A stretch of DNA of 64,000 nt from an uncultured bacterium (GCA_903945435.1 CAJAVM010000001.1:9071-73070); one strand, 5' to 3'. Counted from the first letter of the stretch, positions 16,927 to 26,519 are shown. Notes: generated by a model from the sequence alone, not told the origin. Translations and numbers: made by a program.

Positions 16927-18828
16927 TTATACTGAGCCTGATTCCTCTCTTTGACTATCATCAAATTCTTTTTTAGCTTCTTCAAGTTCTAATAACTGAC
17001 GTGGGTCAGAAGTAATCAGTTGGTCTTCAGTATATGAGGCAACTATTTTCATCGCTACGTGTTTATTTCCAGCAAAGAAGATTCCTTCTCCGATGCCGCA
17101 TTCTAATAATAAATATCTTTCACCCTCAGTTAAGATAAAGGTCTTCTGAACTAAATCTATCGCCGCTGGAGATTGTTTGAGTAATATCTGTAAAGAAGAA
17201 TTATTTACAATTGCTTGACCGTAAGGCGAGGTTAAAAAATCATTTACATCTTGAGTAATAGTCGTTACCCCGAGATAATATTTACGACAACGTTTAACAA
17301 GGGCAAAAATAAATTTAGCACTATCTTCATGTTGCATCATCCACCAGGCCTCATCAATAACTAAAATTCTTTTTTTCATTTCACTCCTTACAACATTCCA
17401 AATATAGTTAACAATGGTATAAATCGCAATCGGTCTAAGTTCATCTTCCAAATCACGCACAGAGAAGCAAACTAATTGATTATCCATCTCTACGTTAGTT
17501 GGTGAATTGAGTAAACCAGCAAAAGTTCCCTTAGTATATTTTCTTAACCTTAAAGCTAATTCTGCACCCCCTTCCATGCCGTCTAGAACTTGTTCTAAAT
17601 CAGACATGGTTGGCGGTTCTATTTTTGATAAATCAGAATCAGGAGTAATATCTTTTTTAGCGTATGATTCTAACAGGGCTCTATCAACAATTGAATCTTC
17701 ATCATAATTTAAAGTTCCCAACATTAAACGCACTAAACCTTTTAAAGTAATAACCGCGCTTCTGATAATATCTTTCGGTCTGGCTTCACCGCCAATTGAA
17801 CGAGGTAAATCAAAAGGATTAATTTTATTTTCACTAGATAAAGAAATATTAATATAAGTTCCTCCAACCGCTTCAGCTAAATGTTTATACTCGTATTCAG
17901 GATCAATAACGATAACATCTGTTCCTAACATTAAAGAACGTAAAATTTCTAATTTAATTGCATAACTTTTACCAGCACCAGAAGTCGCAAACACTACCGA
18001 ATTAGCATTCTGCAAAGAAAATCTATCAAATAAAATTAAACTATTGTTATGACGATTAATGCCATACAGAATTCCACGGTCACTAGTCAGCTCGCTAGAA
18101 ATGAACGGGAAAGACGACGCAACTGGTGAAGAATTCATGTTAAAAGCAATATACAATTCATCATTACCTAAAGGTAAGGTAGAATTAAACCCTTGTTCTG
18201 ATTGATAATAAACACGACGAGAATAAACTAAACGTGAACCGAAAATATCTTCAACTTGGTCAGAAACTCTATCTAAATCTTCCATATTCTCCGCATATAG
18301 AGTTACATATAGAGCAAATTGAAAAAACTTTTCTGTCCCCTGAGTAAGAGCATCGCGCAAATATTCAATATCACGCAAAGCTGTTTCTCGAAGCGGGTCA
18401 CGGGCTGCCCCCTTTTCTGCATCGGAAATAATTTGAGCCTCTAAAGTTCCTACTTTATTTTTTAATTGTTTTAAAATAATAGAACTAGAAATCGGATAAA
18501 AAAACATCGAAATATCGAAGGTCAGATTTAAATTAATAATCGGTGCAAACCAACCAATAGAAATATAACGCGGATAACTAATAACAAAAATGGTTCTTAA
18601 AAATTTATCTCCTAAATATAAATGATTAGGCTGAACTTTAAGACTAGCAGGAGAAATAATATCCTTCACCGATAAAACACCGCGACGGAAAGCCTTCTCT
18701 TCTTCAATAACTTCCCTAGTTAAAATCGGATCAGCTTCAATTTCCGGCCCAGCTTGCTGAGCATTAAAACTAACTGGGGTATTTAAAGTTATTTTATTTG
18801 GTTCTTCTCCTTTATTAAAATTTATCAT
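16927..18828 (-). CDS. virB4: VirB4/TrbE/PrgJ-type type IV secretion ATPase
   Basis: 633 aa. Walker A FATSGAGKSY, Walker B RILVIDEAWWMM and the downstream GVTTITQDVNDF are typical of VirB4-family ATPases. Confidence 0.85.
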   Translation of the reverse strand: MINFNKGEEPNKITLNTPVSFNAQQAGPEIEADPILTREVIEEEKAFRRGVLSVKDIISPASLKVQPNHLYLGDKFLRTIFVISYPRYISIGWFAPIINLNLTFDISMFFYPISSSIILKQLKNKVGTLEAQIISDAEKGAARDPLRETALRDIEYLRDALTQGTEKFFQFALYVTLYAENMEDLDRVSDQVEDIFGSRLVYSRRVYYQSEQGFNSTLPLGNDELYIAFNMNSSPVASSFPFISSELTSDRGILYGINRHNNSLILFDRFSLQNANSVVFATSGAGKSYAIKLEILRSLMLGTDVIVIDPEYEYKHLAEAVGGTYINISLSSENKINPFDLPRSIGGEARPKDIIRSAVITLKGLVRLMLGTLNYDEDSIVDRALLESYAKKDITPDSDLSKIEPPTMSDLEQVLDGMEGGAELALRLRKYTKGTFAGLLNSPTNVEMDNQLVCFSVRDLEDELRPIAIYTIVNYIWNVVRSEMKKRILVIDEAWWMMQHEDSAKFIFALVKRCRKYYLGVTTITQDVNDFLTSPYGQAIVNNSSLQILLKQSPAAIDLVQKTFILTEGERYLLLECGIGEGIFFAGNKHVAMKIVASYTEDQLITSDPRQLLELEEAKKEFDDSQREESGSV

Positions 18829-18838
18829 ATAGACTTAT

Positions 18839-19516
18839 CTAGTCGCCAAATTTCATTTTATCTAATTCAACTAATTGTTGATTTTTAGCAGTTTCCGGAT
18901 TGTATGTTTTATAATATAACTCAATTAAACTTTGAGTATCTAGTCTAGCTACCGCTACGCCCATTGATTCTAAGCCGCCAATTGCGCTATCTAAACGACG
19001 GTCTAACATTTCCTGATAACGATTAAATGTTTTTTCTTTTAACTTAATTACTGTTGCCGGTCTAAGAGCCTCTTTAATTAAACTAAAAAATCCTTTGCGC
19101 TTATCGGTTAACGGATCATACGGAACAACAACTAAAAATCTTTTACTCATAATTCTCCCCAAGGAAGTGAGTTCTTTAATATACTCAATATAATCAGCGG
19201 TTTGAAGTTTCAGTAATTTATTTGTTTGGGCTTTTTCTTTTTCTTTTAGATAATTTAAATAATTATCAATATCTAATTCTCTTGACTGAACAACTATTTG
19301 TAAAGTAAAACTTAGATTATTTAAAAACCTAACGTAAGAACTAATAACTGCATTTTGCTCGTCTTCACTTTTTAAAGCAAAGTTAATACTGGAAACAAGT
19401 AAAACTGCTCGCAGAGTTCCGTCTTTCATGACGACCGTATTATCTTTAATCTCAGCAATATCTAAATATTCCTGGGTAGAAACGCCTATTTTGTTGCCTG
19501 CTAATTTATTAGCCAT
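18839..19516 (-). CDS. T4SS-associated hypothetical protein
   Basis: 225 aa, between the PrgI-like and VirB4 genes. QEYLDIAEIKDNTVVMKDGTLRAVLLVSSINFALKSEDEQNAVISSYVRFLNNLSF..QIVVQS resembles the N-terminal region of Gram-positive VirB4-type proteins. Confidence 0.4.
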   Translation of the reverse strand: MANKLAGNKIGVSTQEYLDIAEIKDNTVVMKDGTLRAVLLVSSINFALKSEDEQNAVISSYVRFLNNLSFTLQIVVQSRELDIDNYLNYLKEKEKAQTNKLLKLQTADYIEYIKELTSLGRIMSKRFLVVVPYDPLTDKRKGFFSLIKEALRPATVIKLKEKTFNRYQEMLDRRLDSAIGGLESMGVAVARLDTQSLIELYYKTYNPETAKNQQLVELDKMKFGD

Positions 19517-19525
19517 AAAAAAAAT

Positions 19526-19948
19526 TTATTCACCACGATATCGCCCTTTAGTATCAACAATTAGGGCAACTTCGGCTAAGCGAGATTTTTTATAATATTC
19601 TTTTGGTTCTGGTTTACGTTCAATTTTTGTAACAACATCAATATTTTTTTCTTTATTATTCATGATTGTATTATTATTCCAAACTCTTAACCTTGGTCTT
19701 CTTAAGGTTTGAGTTGCATTCAAAAGAAAAAAATGAAAAGGTCGACCGTTAACTTTTACGAATGCAAACAAAGTAGCAATAATAAAAACAATAATGGCAA
19801 TTGTCAAAAAAAGAGCAAAATCAAATAAGCGATAACTAATTCCGATTACTAAAGCGCTTCCTAAAAATATAACAAACTGACGAGTAGTAATCGGTCCAAT
19901 AATTTTACTTTCAATATCTATAAATTGTGGAACGGTAAATTGTTGCAT
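19526..19948 (-). CDS. PrgI-family (VirB3-like) membrane protein
   Basis: 140 aa. MQQFTVPQFIDIESKIIGPITTRQFVIFLG followed by two TM segments is the PrgI-family pattern of Gram-positive conjugation systems. Confidence 0.7.
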   Translation of the reverse strand: MQQFTVPQFIDIESKIIGPITTRQFVIFLGSALVIGISYRLFDFALFLTIAIIVFIIATLFAFVKVNGRPFHFFLLNATQTLRRPRLRVWNNNTIMNNKEKNIDVVTKIERKPEPKEYYKKSRLAEVALIVDTKGRYRGE

Positions 19949-19954
19949 AATAAC

Positions 19955-21364
19955 TTAGAAAATCAATTTACTATTAAGATTCATAATTGCTTCAATCTCT
20001 GCTAATGTTAGGCCTTCCTGTTTATTTTTCTCACGCTTTTCTATAGCTTCTTTAAGCGGCAAGTTAGAAATAACTGCTTCCTGAACTATGTGTAAATATA
20101 AACGGCTAACCGGACTCTTACGCCAAGCACTAATTCCAGCAATCATTTTTTCATAACCGTCTTTTTCTAATAATTTGATTTTATTAAAAATTTTAACAGT
20201 AATCTCTTCAGGAGTTTTACCTAAACGACGAAAATTAACTAAATCTAAAAATTGAATTTCTTCCATTGGTCCCATTATTTTAGGAGCAGGTTTAACATCG
20301 TGCATGATTGGGCGACTAGAACTAGGCGCCACATCTCCTAAAATAGATTTTCTCGCAACAACCGGTCTAGGAGGAACTATAGTTGAAACTACCGGTATTG
20401 CAGCACTTATAGGCGGTTTAGTATCGGCAAATATTTTTTTTATAAAACTATTATTTTCTGGTTTACGGACAATTGGTTTTTGTGGATCAGTCGGAGTCCA
20501 TTTTGCAACAACCGGTTCCTTTACAACTTGAACTGGTTTTTCTACCAAAGGTGTAATTGGAGTTACGACTGGAGCCGAAGTTTTAACAGGATTCAAAATT
20601 GCATCAGGGGTAGTTTCGGAGATAGGTTGCTTAACTGCTCCCTGAGTAATCGGAGCGGCGATTCTTTTTGTTTCCCCGGATGCTAAAGCCCTTTTTAAAT
20701 CATATTCTACAATCGGATTAGAAAGACTATTTACTTTAGGAGTCGGTATAGCGCCTCCATCAGAAGCAGAAACAATTTTATCTAAACGAGTTAATGGAGC
20801 GACGCTGTTTACTAACGATGAGCTTGGAATTTCATCATATTTGAATTTATTACTATCACAAACCTTCAACACCCTATCAATTTCAAGCACGCTAAGATTT
20901 AAACCGCCAGTAGCAATATCTTTTGCAAGAGACGCCCTAGTATCAATACGACTGCGCACTCCCCTTAGATATATGGCTAATATTTTATTTAATCGTTCTA
21001 TTAAAAATTCACTCGCCAAAACTAGGCCAGCTTCTTTAATTAAAATATTTATATCTTTAGATAAATCTAACGAACGACGTTCGGTAGATAAGCCAACATA
21101 ATCAGAAACGTTGATAAAAATTTTTTCCTTGAGCTCTTGCGTAATTTTTTCTGCCTGCTCAGGAGTTAGCCCAAATTCTCCCACAAAGATTGAAGACAAA
21201 TCTTTCAAAGATAAACCCTTAATCATCACTTTCATCACAATCATCGCTAAATCAACTCGATAACGGCTCTCAATTTCAGCTAAAGAAGCCATCGCTTCTT
21301 TCGAAGAAACCTTATCTTTTAAGTCCTTTGGCAAACTGTTAAATTGTTGTAGATAGTCAAACAT
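19955..21364 (-). CDS. hypothetical protein with central Pro/Val-rich linker
   Basis: 469-aa ORF with helical N- and C-terminal domains joined by a PVVTPITPLVEKPVQVVKEPVV...-type low-complexity region. It is the first gene of the T4SS-like block. Confidence 0.55.
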   Translation of the reverse strand: MFDYLQQFNSLPKDLKDKVSSKEAMASLAEIESRYRVDLAMIVMKVMIKGLSLKDLSSIFVGEFGLTPEQAEKITQELKEKIFINVSDYVGLSTERRSLDLSKDINILIKEAGLVLASEFLIERLNKILAIYLRGVRSRIDTRASLAKDIATGGLNLSVLEIDRVLKVCDSNKFKYDEIPSSSLVNSVAPLTRLDKIVSASDGGAIPTPKVNSLSNPIVEYDLKRALASGETKRIAAPITQGAVKQPISETTPDAILNPVKTSAPVVTPITPLVEKPVQVVKEPVVAKWTPTDPQKPIVRKPENNSFIKKIFADTKPPISAAIPVVSTIVPPRPVVARKSILGDVAPSSSRPIMHDVKPAPKIMGPMEEIQFLDLVNFRRLGKTPEEITVKIFNKIKLLEKDGYEKMIAGISAWRKSPVSRLYLHIVQEAVISNLPLKEAIEKREKNKQEGLTLAEIEAIMNLNSKLIF

Positions 21365-21370
21365 TATGTA

Positions 21371-21416
21371 AGAAAAAACAAGAAAAATAAACAGAAGTTA
21401 TACAATCCTTCTGTTT
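21371..21416 (-). terminator. probable Rho-independent terminator (or leader hairpin)
   Basis: AAACAGAAG-10 nt-CTTCTGTTT hairpin (21389-21416) followed on the minus strand by TATTTTTCTTGTTTTTT. It lies after the PPDK_N gene and only a few nt before the 21364 start codon. Confidence 0.5.
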
Positions 21417-21480
21417 ATCATTTTAACATATTTTGACTAAAATTGAAAAGGCAAATACTAATGTAAATGCGAGACCAAAA

Positions 21481-22419
21481 CTACAAAGTAGTTATTGGCC
21501 GACTTTGAGTAATATAGAATTTTCCCTTCTCATAAGCCCACTCAATATCGCAAGGAAATTTATAATGTTGTTCAATAGCTAGACAAACTTTAGCTAGTTC
21601 AATTATCTGTTTTCCGGTGAGCTTCTGCTTAGCTTGAGCTGATTTAAGAACCGGGACCCATTTAATCCCTTTGCCAGGCGCTTTAACTATTTTGCGCTCT
21701 TGTTCAGAGATATTAATATCAATAATATCCATCTCTTTTTTACCTAAAACGTATGAATCCGGCGTTACTGATCCAGAAACAATGGCTTCTCCCAACCCAT
21801 ATCCTGCTTCAATAATCATTTGATTTCTATCTTGAGTAACTGGATGAACCGTAAAAGCAATTCCAGAAATTTCAGAATCAACCATTTTTTGAACGACAAC
21901 CGCAACACTGACCTTAGTTTTCAACATCTTTTTCTCATGACGATAGAAGATGGCTCGCGGAGTAAATAAACTCGACCAACATCTTTTTACATTATCGAGT
22001 AAAGTTTTTTCAGTTGTGTTTAAATATGTTTCTAATTCTCCAGCCCAAGAAGCAGCTGACGAATCTTCCGCTGTAGCGCTAGAACGAACAGCAACATATG
22101 GTGCTTTTAATTTTTTGAATTCTTTAACAATATCTAAAGATAAATCTTTAGGCATACTAACGCTCCTAATTAAAGCACGAATCGAGGATGAGGCGCCATC
22201 AACCGAGTTAACGTCTTTATAATTAACTTTTTTAAGTTGTGATTCTAATTCTTGAGTTAAATCAGTTTCTTCCAAAAACCTATCAAAAGCCTCAGCTAGA
22301 ATAACAAATCCAGGAGGAACTTTTAACCCCGCCTGAGTCATTTCTCCAAGCGATGCCCCTTTACCGCCAGCAATAGCAGCATCTTTTTTACCTATCTGAG
22401 AAAATGGTTTGATTAACAT
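21481..22419 (-). CDS. stand-alone PPDK_N-type ATP-grasp nucleotide-binding domain protein (PEP synthase N-terminal domain only)
   Basis: 312 aa. GGKGASLGEM, VPPGFVI, VAVRSSATAEDS..ASWAGE, VAVVVQKMV..SGIAFT, EAGYGLGEAIVSG and CDIEWAY..GKFYITQSRPIT give a full PF01326-like motif series. The protein stops where a swivel domain would begin. Confidence 0.9.
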   Translation of the reverse strand: MLIKPFSQIGKKDAAIAGGKGASLGEMTQAGLKVPPGFVILAEAFDRFLEETDLTQELESQLKKVNYKDVNSVDGASSSIRALIRSVSMPKDLSLDIVKEFKKLKAPYVAVRSSATAEDSSAASWAGELETYLNTTEKTLLDNVKRCWSSLFTPRAIFYRHEKKMLKTKVSVAVVVQKMVDSEISGIAFTVHPVTQDRNQMIIEAGYGLGEAIVSGSVTPDSYVLGKKEMDIIDINISEQERKIVKAPGKGIKWVPVLKSAQAKQKLTGKQIIELAKVCLAIEQHYKFPCDIEWAYEKGKFYITQSRPITTL

Positions 22420-22495
22420 ACATTTATAATATTATTTATTATCATTATTATTTTAGCATCAATAATGTTGAAGCTCAATTTTATTAATTAAAGAC

Positions 22496-24304
22496 TTAAC
22501 TAATAACATCAACTTTTCCATGAGTCGCATCGACATCAATAATCATTCCATCTTTTAAAATTTTAGTTGCAATCTTTGTTCCCACAACACAGGGAATCCC
22601 CAGTTCACGTGAAATAATGGCTGCATGACAAGTAATCCCGCCAACATCAGTTACTATCGCTGAAGCTTTTTTAATAGCGGGTATTAAATCGGGAGTAGTT
22701 GCAACCGAAATTAAGATATCACCATCCTTCATCTTCACCATATCCGCTATCACATTAATCACTTTGGCTTCCCCGCGCGCTCTTCCAGGAGATGCGCAAT
22801 CACCAGCTAAAAGTTTAGTATCTTTTATTTCTTCTTTTAAAATATTTAATTTTGAAATAAAAACTTTTGCTTTATCACCAGTTAGAAATACATCCGTTTT
22901 TGGTTTTTTGCTTGAATAATAAATACTAAAACTATATCTTTCGTTAAGCATTTCGGCGGAAATCTGCTCGCCCCTTAACATTTTCGATAATTCCTCGGGG
23001 CTTAAGTAACGAACCTGTCGCAAAGACAAATAACGACGTCTTCCTACCTCACGATAAACATTTTCTAAAACAGAAATTGCACAAAATAAAGCATCTTTTC
23101 TAGCTCCCTTGGTAAAAACCAAATCTCTAGCAAACTTCAAAATTCCTAAATGCTCAAAGTCGATAATTAATTTTTTAGCTAACTCGGCCTGTCGTTTTTC
23201 TGTTTTTAATTTATTTTCTTCTATTTCTTGCAAAGCTTTCGCAGGATTTATATTTTGTCTAATGAGACTACTTAAAATATCAATAAAATATTCCTGATTC
23301 CATCCTGGTCCCACCATTCCATAACCCAGAAAACCAAAATCGTCAGTATGCTTTTTTAATCTAGCGGCTATTTTTTTATCAACCTTATTAATATCTAAGG
23401 CAACAATGCGTGATTCCGTTAAACTAAAATATTTTTTTAATTTATCATCCGCTAATATATCTTTCAAAATCAGAAGAAGCGCTTTATATTCTTCAGCTGA
23501 TTTGGATGGCTGTAAAGGTGTAGTTAAAATTGAAAATACATCCCCCATTGATAATCCGGCCCCTTTTACTTTATCATCCAAATAATTCATCAAGTATTTC
23601 GAAAAGGTCCCATCACCAAAGTCTAAAACGGTTTGCGGAATATGAAGCAAATGGAGATTGAGATAAACTTTAAAAAATTTATCAAACGTATTGGCTAATT
23701 CAACGTCAGAATAAGCCTTTAAATTTGTACTTTTTAATTTTTCCGAGGCTTGATAAAGTTTTTGAGCATTTGTATTTAAATCATCAATATATTTTTCTCT
23801 CCAACTGGCGTCACTTTTAACACGAGCGAATATTTCTGTGCTTAAATCATAAAAATCTTTTTTATTCGCTAAAAGCTGACAAAAATTATTTTCAAAAATA
23901 GTTACTAAGGTATTTAAACTAGTCTTAAAATTATAAAGCCGACTAAACTTATTTGCCATTCCTTCATTCCAGGCTGGAGAAGTAAAAAGCGGATAATAAT
24001 TAGGCATTTCTTCCAAACAAAAAATCTCTGGACCATTTTTACCAGCATTATATTTTTTAAACATCGACGCTAGGTCTAGGAAAAATTCATTTTTTTGATT
24101 AACAAAAAAATATTTTTTATTATCAACAATTTCATTAATTAAAATACCTCCCTTTACTAAATTAGCCAGTTCTTTATGAACATTAGCCTGATCTAAGTTT
24201 AAAGTTTTTACAATTTCGCGTGCATAATATCTCTTCTCGATATTTGCAAAGAAGAAAGAAAGGATGTCTAAGCGGGCCTGTGAACTAATTAAATAATTTA
24301 GCAT
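22496..24304 (-). CDS. winged-HTH + helical central domain + C-terminal PEP-utilizer phosphohistidine swivel domain protein (paralog P1)
   Basis: 602 aa. The N-terminus [13 protein letters not shown]...[30 protein letters not shown] is ArsR/TrmB-like. The C-terminus is [59 protein letters not shown]. Confidence 0.85.
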   Translation of the reverse strand: MLNYLISSQARLDILSFFFANIEKRYYAREIVKTLNLDQANVHKELANLVKGGILINEIVDNKKYFFVNQKNEFFLDLASMFKKYNAGKNGPEIFCLEEMPNYYPLFTSPAWNEGMANKFSRLYNFKTSLNTLVTIFENNFCQLLANKKDFYDLSTEIFARVKSDASWREKYIDDLNTNAQKLYQASEKLKSTNLKAYSDVELANTFDKFFKVYLNLHLLHIPQTVLDFGDGTFSKYLMNYLDDKVKGAGLSMGDVFSILTTPLQPSKSAEEYKALLLILKDILADDKLKKYFSLTESRIVALDINKVDKKIAARLKKHTDDFGFLGYGMVGPGWNQEYFIDILSSLIRQNINPAKALQEIEENKLKTEKRQAELAKKLIIDFEHLGILKFARDLVFTKGARKDALFCAISVLENVYREVGRRRYLSLRQVRYLSPEELSKMLRGEQISAEMLNERYSFSIYYSSKKPKTDVFLTGDKAKVFISKLNILKEEIKDTKLLAGDCASPGRARGEAKVINVIADMVKMKDGDILISVATTPDLIPAIKKASAIVTDVGGITCHAAIISRELGIPCVVGTKIATKILKDGMIIDVDATHGKVDVIS

Positions 24305-24310
24305 ATATTG

Positions 24311-24360
24311 TATATAATTTATGTTTTATAAATTATATAAATGTATTGTTTTATTGTCAA
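24311..24360 (-). promoter_or_regulatory. consensus promoter of P1 overlapped by a perfect 12-bp inverted repeat (candidate operator)
   Basis: Minus strand: TTGACA (24360-24355), 17 nt, TATAAT (24337-24332). The palindrome TATATAATTTAT-gtttt-ATAAATTATATA spans 24311-24339 and covers the -10 element and the transcription start region. Confidence 0.6.
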
Positions 24361-24400
24361 TACTTATTGTAAAAAATACAATAAAATAAACAGCTAACCA

Positions 24401-26281
24401 TTAAGCTCTCTCAATTACTTTTACAATTCCCTTATCGGCATCAACTTCTACTAAATCCCCATCGTGGAGTGCTTTAGTAGCGATTTTAGTCGCAATTACG
24501 CATGGTTTACGCATTTCTCGGGCAACAATAGCGGCATGGCTAGTTACCCCGCCCTGATCGGTTACAAAAGCGGCCGCCTTTTTCATAGCTGGAACTAAAT
24601 CAGGTTGAGTAGAGATAGAAACCAAAATATCTCCTTCTGCCATTTTTTTCATATCAGAAATTACATTAACAATTCTAACTCTCCCTCTAGCTTGGCCGCG
24701 ACAACCACATTGTCCCTTAAGTTCAGATGTTTCGACCTCCTCATGCTTTTGAATATATTTTTCAGTAATAGTTTTTGCCGCTGCGCCACTATAAAATAAT
24801 TCAGTATCTTTAGCTGTATAGTAAACACAAAACTCAACTCGTCTTTTTACTTCAGCCTTATCTATTAAGCCATCAAACAACGCCGCCTTAATCTCCGAGG
24901 ACTTCATAAAACGTAACTCTTTTAATTTTACACCAACTCGGTCAGCAATTTCCTCTAAAATAAACGTTGTTTTATAAAGAGCAAACAATTGAGCATAACG
25001 ACGATAGGTTTTAGTAACCATAAAATCTCCCCAAGCAGAAAAAAAGCGCTGAATATCTTTGGTTAAATTTAACTTTTTAATTAAAGCTCCTCTCTCTTGC
25101 AATGTCTTGGCTGTATGAGCTTCTTGGTCCGCAAATGTTTCGGCTAAATGTGCATCGCCATTAACCATTCTGACTAATTCCTTCAAATAATGTTCAAAAT
25201 CATAAACACCCTGCTCTTCTGTATAAATAAATTTGGTATAAAAATATTTATGATAATGGTCTTCTAGCTGCGACATTATTTCTGGGGAAATTTTTGCCTT
25301 TAGCCCACGTACTATTTCAGAAAATTTCGCTTCATACTCTTCACTGTGTGTATAGAGACCAAAAAATTTAACATCTTCTTCTTTAAATTTTCTAAATAAC
25401 TCTTTAAAAATGGCCAGTTGCGCCGGATTTTGCTGAACCATAATCCCAATCTTCATTAGGTTGTCCTGCTCCTCTTTTAAACGTGAGGCTTTATCGGGCT
25501 GAGTTAAGAGAGAAAGATATTCTTCAATATTATCTTCAACTACTCCTAATTTCTTCAAAATGCTTTTACCGCGATTGGTTAAGTTATCACCAAACATATC
25601 AGCGGCAACTGGAATCCAACCATAGCGATAATAATCGAGATGAATATCTTCATGTTTTTGATAATACTCCCAAATTTTTTCTTTACTTAATTTTTCCAAG
25701 CCACTTTCCGGAATATCTTCAACTACTTCATTAAGTTTATCTGAATAAAATCTAATTTTAGAATTTACTTCTTCCATAAAATCAATATCCCCCAAAAATT
25801 TATCAACTAAATGTTCACCACCTTCATGGGCGTCAGCCTTATCAAAATAAAAACAAAGATTATAACCATGATAAACACCTACTATCTGTTTATAAGCATG
25901 CCCACCCGGTTCTTGAAAGCCGTTAGTAAAACAATAGAAAGGGATAGCCATAAACCAAGGGCTAATATTTACTATTTCCTCTGCTAGAAACCAATCGTGC
26001 TTAAACATTTTTTCAAAATCGCGTCCATTATTTTTTGCTAGTAATAATTTAAGCTCATCGATTGCTTGATAATTTTTATTTAAAATATAATATTTTTTCT
26101 TCCCAACAGTCTCCTGGCTTACGATTCCCTCTTCAATTAAACTAGTTAATTCGCGTGAAACATTAGCGCTATTTTTTTCCAAGGAATTAGCTATTTCACC
26201 TAAATAAAACTTAGTTCCTTCGGATTGGCTCAGAAGTTCCAATATTTCATAGGTAGTTTGTGATTTGAATAAATTTTTCAT
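24401..26281 (-). CDS. winged-HTH + helical central domain + C-terminal PEP-utilizer swivel domain protein (paralog P2)
   Basis: 626 aa. N-terminus TTYEILELLSQSEGTKFYLGEIANSLEKNSANVSRELTSLIEEGIV. C-terminus GDILVSISTQPDLVPAMKKAAAFVTDQGGVTSHAAIVAREMRKPCVIATKIATKALHDGD. Confidence 0.85.
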   Translation of the reverse strand: MKNLFKSQTTYEILELLSQSEGTKFYLGEIANSLEKNSANVSRELTSLIEEGIVSQETVGKKKYYILNKNYQAIDELKLLLAKNNGRDFEKMFKHDWFLAEEIVNISPWFMAIPFYCFTNGFQEPGGHAYKQIVGVYHGYNLCFYFDKADAHEGGEHLVDKFLGDIDFMEEVNSKIRFYSDKLNEVVEDIPESGLEKLSKEKIWEYYQKHEDIHLDYYRYGWIPVAADMFGDNLTNRGKSILKKLGVVEDNIEEYLSLLTQPDKASRLKEEQDNLMKIGIMVQQNPAQLAIFKELFRKFKEEDVKFFGLYTHSEEYEAKFSEIVRGLKAKISPEIMSQLEDHYHKYFYTKFIYTEEQGVYDFEHYLKELVRMVNGDAHLAETFADQEAHTAKTLQERGALIKKLNLTKDIQRFFSAWGDFMVTKTYRRYAQLFALYKTTFILEEIADRVGVKLKELRFMKSSEIKAALFDGLIDKAEVKRRVEFCVYYTAKDTELFYSGAAAKTITEKYIQKHEEVETSELKGQCGCRGQARGRVRIVNVISDMKKMAEGDILVSISTQPDLVPAMKKAAAFVTDQGGVTSHAAIVAREMRKPCVIATKIATKALHDGDLVEVDADKGIVKVIERA

Positions 26282-26285
26282 ATAT

Positions 26286-26350
26286 TTGTCTATCAGACAA
26301 TAAAGATTGTCTTACAAACAAATAATATCGTAAAATAGCGAAAGAGTCAA
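26286..26350 (-). promoter_or_regulatory. promoter of P2 (TTGACT-17-TATTAT) with downstream AGACAAT-N4-ATTGTCT palindrome (candidate operator)
   Basis: Minus strand: -35 at 26350-26345 and -10 at 26327-26322. A perfect 7-bp inverted repeat lies at 26295-26312, with a third TTGTCT half-site at 26286-26291, between the -10 element and the ATG at 26281. Confidence 0.55.
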
Positions 26351-26399
26351 GGATTCTATTATAAAAAATACTAAAAATATGGGGATAAAGTGTTATATA

Positions 26400-26428
26400 T
26401 TGACAAATTACTCATAATATTATATAAT
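26400..26428 (+). promoter_or_regulatory. sigma-70 consensus promoter (TTGACA-17 nt-TATAAT)
   Basis: TTGACA 26400-26405, spacer aattactcataatatta, TATAAT 26423-26428. A ~90-nt leader follows, containing a CCCGTA-ggt-TACGGG hairpin just before the AAAGGA ribosome-binding site. Confidence 0.75.
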
Positions 26429-26519
26429 ACAGGGATTGAACATTAAAAATTTCTATTATATAAACCAGGCAAAAAGCCAAAACGACCTCTGGTCCCGTAG
26501 GTTACGGGGCTCTTAAAGG

